A stretch of 64,000 bases of DNA from Chiloscyllium plagiosum (lineage: Eukaryota): assembly GCF_004010195.1 (NCBI RefSeq), contig NC_057718.1, positions 92,747,989 to 92,811,988 of the forward strand, given 5' to 3'. The stretch's first letter is position 1. Each line of letters opens with the position of its first letter. Shown here in pieces: positions 22,730-35,329 of the stretch. The position numbers were made by a program, and so were the translations under genes. The notes beneath the pieces were generated by a model. The model saw only the letters and a list, made by a program, of their open reading frames with translations, made no database searches and was not told the DNA's origin.

Positions 22730-22960
22730 GCCGCTCATCCAGTATGTGATTTGGGTGACAATACCGCAGGTTTTTACCAACTCCTCGGCGCATCTTGGGT
22801 GGTCGAACCCAGGCAAACACAGATACAAACCTATTGCTAAGCTGCGGACAATGGCGGAAATGTAGACAAATGTCCGGCTCCTGTTGGAAGCCTTTGTCCG
22901 AGGCCAGTTTTTGCATTTATTTCAGTCGCGACATAATAGATGATTGACGCCCTGGTGCAA
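22730..22960. promoter_or_regulatory. Gli/Sox-bound Shh-responsive Nkx2-2 neural (p3) enhancer
   Basis: Perfect Gli consensus TGGGTGGTC at 22796-22804, ~1.46 kb upstream of the ATG. Flanked by Sox-type ACAAT/CTTTGT, Fox-type GCAAACA and TTTGCAT motifs. Position and content match the known vertebrate Nkx2-2 module. Confidence 0.8.
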
Positions 22961-24094
22961 TGTGTTCTAACTGTTTGGAATAAATCTGAGGTTGCTCCTA
23001 GTTGTCATGGCATTCAACTGCTTTCAATAGACTATCTCTTCATTCAGTTTTGAACCCTGCCACAATATTAAGGCAACGCCTTCATGTTAACGCTCTCTCT
23101 TTCTCCCCCACCTCCATCCCTCCCTCCCTCTCTTTCCTTCCATGTCCATGAATCCATTCAGAACATCTTCGATCAGAGAATCGATGGGACTGTCTGGAAC
23201 TAGGGCATTGGAAGCAATACCCGGACACGTCAGATTTCCCGTGCAGCGCGGTGTGCAGTTATTTCGATGGGGGCATTTGTAACGACACACTATCACTCCT
23301 CTGTGAGAGTAAGGGAGGGGGGCGTCATTCCACACCCTTAACCCCATTAAACTATGAACATTTATGTCGACATAAATTCTTGGAATGGCAAACCGCTAAA
23401 TTGCAGTTTGGGATTATCGATACACTGAACTTGTACAAAGTGTTCGATTCATTCCAATAATCAGGGAGCAGGACTGTGTAAATTTGTACACAGAAAGTTC
23501 CATGTGTGGTGTATACATTTTTCCAGTTATCATCTGCATCACATTAAAGAACTGTCGCACTATCCGATCGTCCTGTGTACACCAGGCGCAACTTTTCAGT
23601 AGAAGATTTCAAACTCAAAGTCCAGGGTCTTTCTTGCAAGGTATTGACCGCGATGGAGGAAGCTATTTCTCAAATGTTGTTCATTTTTCTTTTTTTTTTG
23701 TTGTTTCACCATCTTAAATCATTACCGGGCAGACTATTGAAGCATCTATCTACTTATATACATGATGTGCTTCGCTGTATTTCTTTTTACATACAATCTA
23801 TTAATTGCACAGAAGTTAGCTGTTACTATATTTATTTTTCCCTCATCCACGTCACAATCAGAATTCTAAGAGCAATTACTCAGGGCAACAACAGTCAGTT
23901 AATCGATTCTGGGTAAACAATAAACTTTAAGGCTGGTTTACCACTAGAGATTCTTTTTAAAAGGAAAAACAATATAAAGGAGGATTTTATGCTTCAGATT
24001 ACTGAGACGTCCCAAAACGCGGAAACTTCAACTATCTCACTGCCATGGGCACATCTCGATCAAAGACACCAAGTCATAATCCTGTTCCTTTTGG

Positions 24095-24190
24095 AACACA
24101 TAAACTGCAGGAGAAAATCAGCATGTCTGGCAGTATGTGCGGAGAGAAAGCAGAGTTAGCACTTCGAGCCCAGTGGCTCTTCATTAGAAC
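24095..24190 (-). mobile_element. Old Penelope-type fragment with a decayed hammerhead core
   Basis: Minus strand CTAATGA-A-GAGCC-ACTG-GGCTC-GAAG followed by ...ctgccagacatgctgattttctcc. Same layout as 59132-59222. Confidence 0.6.
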
Positions 24191-24999
24191 GGACAGCACC
24201 TAGGATGGGGTGCATCTTTTGAGCCGTGTGACTGAATCTGTTCCAGCGGCCTATATAGAACACCTGATCAAACAGTGGTTTTCTTTTTTGGAGTGGGGGG
24301 TGGGGGAGGGGGGGGGGGGTGTCGTGGCGGGGTGGTGGTGGATTGGGGCTAAAGAAGAAGTGGTTCCTGACTGACTGATTAATCAAGCACCCCAAGGTGG
24401 CTGGCGATTGGGAGAGAAAGAGCTCCATTGAAAACCACATGTACTGAACATATCTGATCAGGTTTGTTACATTGTGAGAGGTGCTAACACAACTCACATC
24501 TTAACCTTTTCCTGCCACACTTACTACCGATTAGGCACCTTCCAGTTTTCTGATCTCCATCCACGATTGCAGCAAACTGTCCCAAACTCCAAAGCCCATT
24601 CATGTCTCTACTGAATACCGAAAAAGTTTAGAGTCTGCAGTTACAATTCACGCACACCCAAAATATTGCATTGGCTCTAAATCTTGTTGCGCGGGGTTTT
24701 GTCTTAATTCTTTCTGAATGGATTCTCCCTTTTAAAATCTGTTACTTTTAAACAGAAACAACGATAATTGGCTGGTTACTTTGTCTCCCTGTCATACTTT
24801 TGTAACTCCTGCACAAAAGGCGAGATATGAATATTGGCGAGGACACAGTTAACCATGGATACAGAAGATAGTGTGTCTTAATCAAAAAAAAAGAGAACGA
24901 GAATGGGGAGATGGTGGGAAGAGCGTCGAGGACGAGGGATCTTCACACATTGTGTGCTGGACTTGAACTGTGTTTTGCTCTCCGGGGTGAGCTCTGAAA

Positions 25000-25200
25000 C
25001 AAGGAGAGATAAGTGACCTTTGCACAAAATCTTAATCCCTCGCTGAAGAGACTGATAGGATCGAGGGGCTATTTCAACAATCTAACAAGAGTCTGTAAAG
25101 GAGCGGTAAATGTGCACAGGATAAGTGGCCGTACTTCAGCTGAAGTGCCCTCTCGTTGTGTTTACCTGTTTACTTTCGCAGGTAGTTTAAAAACCCTGCT
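25000..25200. promoter_or_regulatory. Putative enhancer with GATA/NKX/HNF4-type/Fox motif cluster
   Basis: GATAAGTG twice (25008-25015, 25120-25127), TGACCTTTGCAC (25014-25025), tandem TGTTTAC (25159-25165, 25167-25173). Confidence 0.45.
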
Positions 25201-28200
25201 CGCTAGCATGTGCCTTTTCACTGGAGCCGAACGGGCAGGCTCTCTGATCCAGTCCTGGCGACTGAGCGGCACAAATAACTTTTGAAGTGGTGAGTGACTG
25301 AGTGGAGCGAGAAGGCAAGCAATAGTTTTCAGCCAAACCAATGCCAAACAAAGGAATATACCTTCACGCATTTGGGTAGGCTTTAGCACAGCGTTGGAAG
25401 TAATCATCTTGAAAAGACGACCCAGGTCAGTGTGGCAAGTATTTTATTAATTACATTTGGGATACTTGGGTTGGGCGCAATAGAATCAACCTACGCCCGT
25501 TTAATGAACTGGAGGTCCCCAAACGCTTCAACCGCAACAATTTAGTAATGGGCTGGGATTAGAATATTGAAGATTAATGAATAATTCCGATTCCTGTTAA
25601 CCTAACAATTCCAGTCATTAATTAACACCGCTTTCCACAGCGTTGTCCATGTACTGCTGTCTGAAGGTGATGGGGGTGAGAACTGGAATTAAACTCTTTG
25701 GGCCCTAAATATTTTTCACCATCATTTCCTTTCTCACAGAGTTATTCTTTTTTTTTAAATCTGATGAATGTTAGGATGGCAAGAGGTGAAAAGATGGTAC
25801 GCACAACATAAACGCCGGACGCTAAGAAATCACTGAATATTTACGCAGACATTCCCCGGTTTTTGAGCAACATTGAAAGCGGCAGGCCTTATAGTTAAAA
25901 CCAGTTTCTCCGTTCCAATTCCCTTTGTCCTCGCTGTCGCTGTTAATAGCAGAAAGTTGCAAAAAAATGTAAAGCTCGTTCCCATGAGTAAAGATCTGTA
26001 AGTTCATAAAATATAATGTTTGGTTCTCAAAATGAATTTGTGAGCGCCCAGTTTTCACCGTTTACAGAACCTCGTGGCAATCCCTTCGTTTAATGGAAGT
26101 GTAGAACGGATTATGCACTGCAATTTCACTCTGGCTCAATGCAATCTCAATAAGCAGCAATCTCACTCGTACCACAGATCCTTCACTTGATTTCTATTTG
26201 AAGGAGATGCGTCGGTTACATTTTCTTAAAAGTTAAATCTCGAACCCTTTTGTTGAGAAAATGCTCACTTTAATTTCTGAATATTAACCTGTGATGTGCT
26301 CAAGTATCCTTCAAAATTCAGATACTCGTATCGTGGCCAACCTGCCTTTTTATTTGGAGAAATAGAATTAGCGTTAGAACAGGACAATGACAGTGAAGGT
26401 AATAATCGTTCAAGCTAACAAGCTAAAAGACGATAATCAGCATTGCTCTTTCATTGTTTTAAGCTTCAGATACAGTTAGTTGCTTGTTCTGCAGAATAGG
26501 ATTGAGGACCCGTTATCAAAGGGTTCCCAGTGTGACAATGCAGTGAAATAGGTCCTAAGGTGATATTAGAGGGCCTGATATTTGGGATTTGCATGTGATC
26601 CCCCAGGGCTATTTTAGTTTGCACACTGGAACCTAATGCACTCCAATAATAAATTAAGCTGGGTTAATTTTCCCGGAGGATAAGGAACTAAGGAATAATA
26701 AAGAAAACAAATACATGACTAAACCGTATGAGTTTTTTTTTAAAAAAGGACAATCGAGTGCTGGGTTATTCAAGGAGAACGCGGAGTAATCTCCTAACAG
26801 AGTTGGGAGTGCGTTTTGATACCACCTTCGACCCTGACAAAGCACCATTCTATAATCCGATTGAACAATGCCTGCGGGTCTGACTTTCGCGCCTCATTTG
26901 CTAATGCTTCATTCGAAAATAAAACATTGTTTTTGTCCCTCAGAGGTAAAAGCGTTTCGCTTTATTCTATCACTTTCTCTAATAATTAAACATGTCACAT
27001 CAGAATTTGACTCGGCATCTGCAACCATTCCTCTCTCCCTCCTAGTCCTATCCCCTCCGGGGTGATCTCCCCTTCTTTACTTGTTAAACCAAAGCGATAA
27101 CGTATTACCTTAAAACGATTAATTCGCAATCTTTATCCTTCCTGAAAACCGATAAATTAAAGCCATGCGTGTCGACATTTAATTAATGCTTTCTATGTTT
27201 TTTAAAAGTCTTATGAATGATCTGCTGCCTAATTCCACCGTCATTTCTTATGGAAATGGTAGCATAGGTTGGTTGGAAAACGTAGCTCGAAGCTAGGAAG
27301 TTATTAAACTAAAACGCGCCTTGGATTATTTGCACGGTCTGCCATGGAGTCCACGTACCCCCCCCCCCCCCCACCCCTTCAAATAATCTGAATCTTTACT
27401 TAGATGAACAAATTGCAAAGAACTTTGCAGTTAAGAATATCTGTTGTAGCGTTCGGATGCTGGGGAATATGTGGAGATCCTCGGAAGTAGAAAGCGCCAA
27501 ATTAATGGTGAGTGGGGGAAAGAAAATACAAGTCAAAGGAAAACTTAATGATTGGTGTTCAGTTTAGCTGTCGTCAGAAAAAAAAGTTTTGAGTTTGGAC
27601 CCCCATTTTATGATACACGCTGCGGACTGAATCGCAAAGTTCGCATCTTGAACACAATCCTCCCAACGCACGGGATTTCGATCTGGGATGTAATGACCAC
27701 TTCCATTCGGGCGTCCACCAAAGCCAAGAGTTAACACTCAACTCCTGATGCGCTGGCGAGCGGGAACTGTCACAATAAGAATTCAGAGTCATCCTTACTA
27801 GAGGAACAAGAGGGAGACCTTAATATTTAGCAAGGGGCGCCGACGGCGAATTCGTCTCGAGGTTTGCTCAGTAGATAGGGTCGTGCATATTAACAGAGCA
27901 TTTGGGTCACTATCAAAGAGACCCAGTCCTTATAATACATGACATTATAGTTTCAGGGCGTTCGACAGTGCTAAACAAATGCACGTCACCACGCATATAT
28001 AAGGGACACATTTACCCTCACATTTCATTCAGGGACCGTGAAACATTTGAATTAGATTCTTGTGTGGAATTGTTTAATCTCCATTAATGCTATTGTTTCC
28101 AGTAGCAGAGCTATCACATTGAAAACAGATCTCATGAAGGTCAGAGTGTGCATATATTATTGCATTCTTCAGTCGATTTGTGTAAGTAATTATTAGTTGA

Positions 28201-29084
28201 GACCTCCATTAACAATGATCAAACTTTGTGTGTCTTTTGAGCTCTTTCGCTCCCACATGAAGGCAATTTAAGATTCTGAAAATCTCCGATCATTACTAAA
28301 GTCGCCGTCACATTTACTCACTTCCTCACCCTTCCCCAGCCCCTACCAATTTCCCACACTGTGTGGATGCTATACACCTTAGATAGGTGACTTCTGTTTG
28401 CTTTGGATTTAATGGCTACTCCGGGGACTCGCACAGTCATTTGCTTCGTCACATTGCGGCAGCGCAGTCAATCAGATGCTGGAGGATGTAGGTGGCGTGT
28501 GGTGGCGGGGGGAGACTGGAGGGAGAGAGAGAGAGGGGGGCAGTAGATAACTTGGGGTTCAAATGCTCACACCTGGAAAGGTTAGGAGCGCATTCCTGTT
28601 TGCTTAATGATGGGGGGTATTTTCGTTTCCATCTGTGCGAAACATTAAACCCTTCACTGTTGTGTGTACTTGGGATATCCAGGCTGTTTGACTGCACAAT
28701 TCCGGTTAACAGCGAAAGTGCAATTGCAGCCGTAATGTTACAAAAACAAGTAGATATTCACCCTCCACCCTATTCCAAACATCACAGGAGAGCCGCATGT
28801 TAAACCATTTCAGAAATACCCGTCCCCCCCAAAAAAAATAACTGCGGAATAAGATGAAACCGCCAAATCGAGTGGAGAACAAACACCGTGCCCTACGGCT
28901 GAACAGCAATCTTTTCTTTTCTCTGTTTGAATCCGTGCCACGTTCACTCTCAGTCTCCAAATCTCATCCGTCAACATTTCTATTTACTGACTCCGTGCAG
29001 AGCAGCTCCAATCGACGGCCACCGCGGATTGGAGGCAAAAGGTAAACGCATTAGCAAAGAAACGTGCTGACTGAAAGTGCTCAC

Positions 29085-29218
29085 CTGGCAGTCGTTGAAG
29101 AACAGTGGGTGAAGTAGTTTTTTTTTGGTTGTAAGCTCAGATGTCGTTGGTTTAATGAAGTATCTCCAAATGCAAAGTCAGGAGTGCGTGCACAGATAAG
29201 ACTGATGCGCTTTATATA
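29085..29218 (-). promoter_or_regulatory. Candidate distal TATA promoter and non-coding first exon
   Basis: TATATAAA on - at 29218-29211, CAG|GTGAG donor at 29085/29084 and CCAAT at 29381-29385 (-), all in NKX2-2 orientation. Confidence 0.45.
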
Positions 29219-32189
29219 CCCAGGAACACACACACACACACACACAAAATGATCCACTCTTAATATTGTCCAAGAGCGTTTACACAGCTCGGCGGCTCGC
29301 CGTGCCTCTCCACACTCTCACATTGCACGTTGTTTGCACTTCTCGGTTATGACGTTAGACAAAATACTGAACATATGTTCATTGGCAATAAATTGCCGAG
29401 AAATGCAAACACATTTTGCTCTTTGATGGCGCTCTTAATCGACACCCCCCCCCCCCCCCGCAACACACAGCTTCTCTTCAATCGCTTCTCTCTCTTTCTC
29501 GTTCCACCCAAACTCTTTCAACCCCTTTTCCCACCTTCCAACCCCTCTCCCTTCCCTTCCAACGTCTCTTTCTGCCTAGTTTCCCTTACTGCTTGAACAA
29601 TCTCACTTCAAACTCGACCCCTACAAACCTGCCCGCTGCAATCTCTCTGTCGCTCCCTCCCCAATCTCTATTCCCCCCCCTCCTTAAAAACCCTCACCGC
29701 TCTTCTACACCCTGAATAGATACACTGAACACTCCCATTTCACCACATCCAACACACACATCTTTCTGATCTAGTCGAGTCAGCCCGGCCCTTTCTATCT
29801 CTTTCTCTCACGGTATCTCAATCTCCCCTCACTTTTTTCGATTCGTCGACAATCTCTGACTTCTACTTTGTTGGAAAACAGAAATAGGACCCCGAGCCTT
29901 CGGGAAACCCGAAGCCGAGAAATTTGACTCAGAATCTCTTCAATTCTTCCTGGACCCGGGCTCCGAACTGAACCAATCGTTTGGTAGCTAAGAAGCTGAG
30001 GCTGCCAAATCACCATATGTGCTATGCTGTTGATATAGTCAACCCTATCGTGTACACAAGATATGCTGACATCCGCGAACTGGAGAGATTAGAGGTGGCT
30101 TTGTCATACAAAGTGCTTTGCTTTAATCTAAAGTGCACTCAGTTTATTTTGTGCGTGCGTGGAGTGAGCCGCGAGATTGCATGTCTATATTTCAGCAACT
30201 ATTATTTAATACCTCTGTTTCTTGCTCTGGACCCCTGGGGTATAGCTTAATCAGTGAGCTGTGTAGTCGATCAACTTGCCTCCCCCCCCCCCCCCCCATC
30301 ACTACTTTCCCTCCTCCCCATCCCGAACTGATTCCTTGTTTAATGCCAGCTTTAGTGGAGACAGTTTCACAACTAATTGGGCAAAAAGGGAGTTTTTTAA
30401 AAAAATCCACTGTCATCTATGTTCTTTGACGGTCCTAACAACCTCAATACCCTGCGCGATCGCAGTCAAAAGCTGATTTATCACGCTGTTAGCCACGATT
30501 TTTTAAAAGGTGTCCAGGTTAGGTTTGCGAAGCGGGCTGTTGTGAAACGAAGGACACAAATATCAAACTGTGTAAATGAATATTCCCCCACGATCAGAGG
30601 GAGAATCAGAATCAACAATCAGAGAGAGAGAGAGAGAGAGAGAAAAGTGATTAAAGCAACAAGGATAGCAGAAATAAAAACATTTCGAAACCCATGAAAG
30701 TTGGCAAGTAGCAGCGTTACGAATCTTTTACTGAATGGACTCGCATTTGGGGGGAAAAATGGCTTCATTTCCCTTGCCTTGCGCTGGAAATGTTTACAAC
30801 CAACAACAACAAAATCTGTGCTTGTTTTAAACAGAGGGACCTTTCTAACGGAGCTGGGCGCAGCGACATGGTCTTCAGCCGTAGCGTGGGGAGGAATCCC
30901 CTCCAATTTAGCGCTGGAGTTGGTCAGCGCCTTCAGCTCAGTCCCAGCAACAGTTCCAGTCACCTTTTCGCCATTCACGGCTAACCTAGCTCATGATTGA
31001 CGGGAGTTACATGTGAGAAGGGTCAGGCCGGCTGATAGGTGTGAGCATAGTTGCCACATGCTCAAACAAGCCCTTCCCGCCAGCCGCCTCTATTACTTTT
31101 ACAGTTCACTTTAAAAGACTAGATTGACATTGTAAAATTCCCTTTTGCAAGCTCCGCTCTAAGTGTTGGATCCATAAAACGGTTTACTACGCTGAGCTCC
31201 CTGCCACCACCTCGCCCCCGCCCAACCCCCCCCCCCCCCATCTCCTTTCTTTATCAGCACTTGGGACTTTATTGTTTTATGAGAGCAGTTCAGCGACACT
31301 GGGATATTTCACTTGTAGGACTTTCCATAACTGCGGACGGTGAGAACTCAGGAATAATCGCCAGGTCTCGTAAAACAGTGATGAAGAGGTGCATTTTTTT
31401 TATTGAGAAAGACACGATGTCAGGGACCTATAACCAAGAAATGCTTCCTTTACTCATGATACCCTTCTGTTCAGTGCTGTTAACGACCCAGCAGCCCAAT
31501 ACTCTCCAATATGTAATTAAATCAAATTTACAATTGAGTTCAAACTTGTATTTCTGTGGCGTTATTTTTCCCAACTGCGTTTTTCTAGTCTAATACATAT
31601 TATTTTTTCTCAGTGGTTAGAAAAATAGAGCTAGTCTCCTTATACACAAGCTCCTTCTCTTGTGCGAGTTCGCCAGCATTTAGACGACCATTAAGTAACA
31701 CAGTTCCCGCTTACTACTGACTGAATTCTGGCCTCCTCGCCCATACAACCATATCCTTTTGTAAATATAATTCAGAGTTTCGTTTCGGCTGTTTTAACAT
31801 TATTATTTGATATGGTTTCATTCATCACTAAGAATAATCATTTTGATTTGGTTCAAAATCGACGTACAATCCCAATAATTGTGAAGTCGAGTGTGGACCC
31901 TATCGGTTCCTTGTTCAGTCTGAGTGCTAAAATCGTTCAGCGATTTTTGGCGTTAAAATTCGATGATGCAGCGTCATAGACCATTGACCCGGATTGCTGA
32001 CAGGAGTTGAGAAATATTGATACAAGTCCGCCAGTCTTTGCAGAATTAGCATACCATGAAAGTAGCAGTGGAGAAGGCTCCTTGCTCAATACTTAGCTCA
32101 GTCGATAGTGGGAAGGTGCTGCCCGTGTGTGGAATAGGAATAATTCTAAATACCTCTGAAGTTTGGGGATCAATTTTCACTGGACTAGA

Positions 32190-32520
32190 ATTAATTGACA
32201 AACCATCCACTGCAATCAACTGATTGGGATCTAGCCTACTTTCACGAGCAAAGCTGCAATATGCCTATTAACTCTATTTTCTGTCTCCTGATCTTGTACA
32301 GGTTCTTCGATTCGGTTACCTGGTTAAGTAACAAAATTATTGGAATCTTGCTTCCCCTGGATGCCATTAAAATCAACTTACTCAGAGAGATCATGGCACA
32401 TACCTGGGACTGGAACCGAACCACCCTGGGCTAGAGGCAAAGATAGTAGCATTGTACCGCAAGAACTGTCCAGCAGCTCAGTTACCAGCACAGTGACATT
32501 ACCAACACGTCACTGCCTCT
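32190..32520 (-). mobile_element. Diverged copy of the tRNA-derived SINE
   Basis: Reverse-complement similarity to 2755-3045 (cactgcctc end; ggactggaaccga B-box region). Confidence 0.5.
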
Positions 32521-32837
32521 CTCTTTGGCTGTCATTCATTTCTATTCTCGTGATAAATTCAACTGGAAATTATTGCACAGAGTTCTAACACAATGTTGAA
32601 TTCAATGGCGTGAGCTAAATTAAGTAAATGTAACTGATTCAGTGTTCTTAATTCACCCACCCAACCTTTCCTCATCGAATATTTTTGAATCTTTCAGCTG
32701 TTACCTTCTTCAGTTTTCAGCCTCCTTCTATTTTCATGTCCTAATCAGCCACTAGGAGGTATAGGAGAACATCACCATTGACTCACTTTTGGAGCACCCC
32801 CTATTTTCAGGGCCTACTGGGAATGGTTGCAACAGCA

Positions 32838-33170
32838 ACAATTAGTTGCATTTATATAGTGCCTATCTTGTAGTAGAATTTCCAAAGGCATTTTACAGGT
32901 CCAATCATTCAATACAATTGGACACTAACCCACACAAAGCAATATGAGGACAAGTGACCAATAGCTTCATCCAAGAAGCAGGTTTGAAGGTGAGTCTTTG
33001 AGGAAGAGAGAGAGAGAGGTGAAGTGTTTTAAAGATGCAATTTTGGAACTGAAAGCCGTGTAACTATAGGTCCAGCCATTAATGGCAGAGCCAAGAAAAT
33101 TAGGGGTGCTTGAGAGGCCAGCCTGCAAGAATACAGAGGCGAGGCTACGGGTGGAACTTTCTATGGGAAA
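32838..33170 (-). mobile_element. L2-type LINE 3' fragment
   Basis: ttgcatttatatagtgcct tail, shared with the DeuSINE-like copies, followed by a purine-rich L2-like body. Confidence 0.5.
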
Positions 33171-33399
33171 AGAGGAGGCTAAAGAAATGCACAGCACCTT
33201 TGTGAGTTTAGGACAATGATAAGAAACAGGCAAAATTGAACAAGCTACCAACATTGCACTTCGCCTGATCTCCCTTTCTAGTGAAGTCAATGGGAAAGAA
33301 ATGCAAGCTGATGTAAAATAGACAGCTCCTCAACATTTTCATTTCTCATTGATTAAATGTGGTCATTGCCAACAAGTACTGAATTTATTCTCTGTCCCA

Positions 33400-33635
33400 A
33401 AGAATATGTGGTGAGCTGCCATTTTGAAATGCTGCAGTCTGTGAGATGAATTCCCACAGTGTTGTTAGCTGAGTAAATTTGGCATAGCAATGATAAAGGA
33501 ACGGTGATAGAGTTTCAAGTTACGATGGTGCGTAACTTGGAGTGGTATTTGCTGGTGGTAGTATTCCCATGCAGCCTTTGTCACTTTAGATAGTAGACAC
33601 CATGGATTGTGAGATTCTCTTAAAGAAGCCTTGTT
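33400..33635 (-). mobile_element. Fragment of the 2755-5700 LINE family
   Basis: ggtgagctgccattttgaaatgctgcagtc is the reverse complement of the shared tail. Confidence 0.6.
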
Positions 33636-33684
33636 TATTCCCTATCACAAAGCAAATTAAAATGTCCCCATTCTTTGAATAGTC

Positions 33685-34440
33685 ACAAAACACACGATGT
33701 AGGAGCAGGAGTAGGCCATTTGCCCTTGACCCTCCTCCACTATTTGAAAAGAGCATGCCTGATCCAGTTTGACTTGAATTCCCCTTTCCTTGATTCCCTG
33801 GCAGATCAAAATTCTAACTTTAACCTGAATATATTCCATGTCCTGTCTTCATTACTCTCAGGAGTAGGGAATTCAAAGATTAACAACTTTTTGAGAACAG
33901 GAATACCTTCTCATTGCTTTCTTAGTCCTTTATTTTATAATTGTAACACTTAGTTCCAGTTTCCCTGGAAAGGGAAAATATTTTTTCAGTATTTACTCTG
34001 TCACTTTTCTTTAGAGTTTTATGTGTTTCAGCCGGTTTGCCACTCATTCTTCTAAACTCCAATGAATATAGTGTCAACCTGCTGAACATTTCCTTATATG
34101 TCAGCCCCTTCTTTCCAAGAGTCCTACTGAATCATGTCCGATTTGCCTCCAATACAAGTATTTCCCTCTTAATGAAGGTGACCAAAATGGTAACAGTACT
34201 CTCAGTGTGGTCTGACCAAAAGACTTGTACAATTCTAGCAAGACTTATCTACTTTTATACTCTGTTCTTATTGCCATGATGTTGAGGTGCTGGTGTTGGA
34301 CTGGGGTGGACAAAGTCAAAGGTCACATGACACCAGGTCATAGTCCAACAGGTTTAGTTGAAATCACAAGCTTTCAAAATCACCTGACAAAGGGGCAGTG
34401 CTCTTAAAGCTTGTGATTCTCATTGTAATAAAGGTTTATC
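33685..34440 (-). mobile_element. Degenerate CR1 3' fragment
   Basis: taggagcaggagtaggccatt 3' end and ORF2 C-terminal remnants. Confidence 0.65.
34279..34420. mobile_element. Penelope-type fragment with a short inverted second arm, nested in CR1
   Basis: Minus arm similar to 7354-7450, then plus-strand CAC-CTGACAA-A-GGGG-CAGTG-CTCT-TAAA-GCTT-GTG. Confidence 0.6.
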
Positions 34441-35329
34441 GCAGGGGATCTCTCTCAATTGCTGTGTGCTTACTGCAGTAGGAAGCTGCTGGGCTGGTCA
34501 GAGATACTCCTTAACAAAAAAAATTGTAAATCAGTAAATGTTTTAACTTCAACCAGAAATCATGAAATGTTTCAGTATATATTTATCAATGAGCCCTGCT
34601 GCAATTTACTAATTTGAAGATAATTGTCTGTCAAAAATATGTAAGAGCACTTTCTGTGAATTGTTTTGAAATGCGATCATTATTGTTTTGTAGAAAGAGA
34701 AAACACTTGGTTCAATCCCCAGCCAAGTTTATATTAATTGACATTCGAGGTTTTAGATGATGAAATTCAGCCCAGGTTCTAGCTCCAAATGCAGTGACTC
34801 TGTTGCAAAGTGTGCACGTGTAGATTTCAAAATGGATAGGATTGAGTTTGGCTGTGATCTGTCTCCTAGGAGAATAGAAATGGATGCGTATTGATTAAGT
34901 TCACAGTGAACACTTAGAAATCTGTTGGTACCTGTGGGGCCGTATGCCACCTGGGTCAGCAGTTTCAATCAAAGGAGATAGTCTCGTGGTAGGGCAGGAA
35001 CAGCTTATTGAGTTTAAGTGCATGCAATCAAAGTTAAATAACCTGTTTAAGTATTAAATGCATGGAATAGAGAATAGGTAGCCAGTTTACCGTGTTCAGA
35101 TGCATGAAATAGAGACTTATTAATGAGAAATTGGGATAAACATAAGAGTAGTTGTTCAACAAATATAAAAGTAACAACAACTAATGACTTGAATGAATAT
35201 ATTGAAATCTACACCCTAACATTTTCTGAAGAGGCTACAGCTAGAATTACAAAAAATAATAAGGAGGAATAGAACTAGATTAATATGGATATAACACTTC
35301 AGGAAGCTATGCTAATAGTCAACAATCTC

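Noticed and set aside
30619..31000. Overlapping 99-119 aa ORFs in a CpG-rich patch
   Set aside because: No domain or splice support; expected by chance in GC-richer regulatory DNA.
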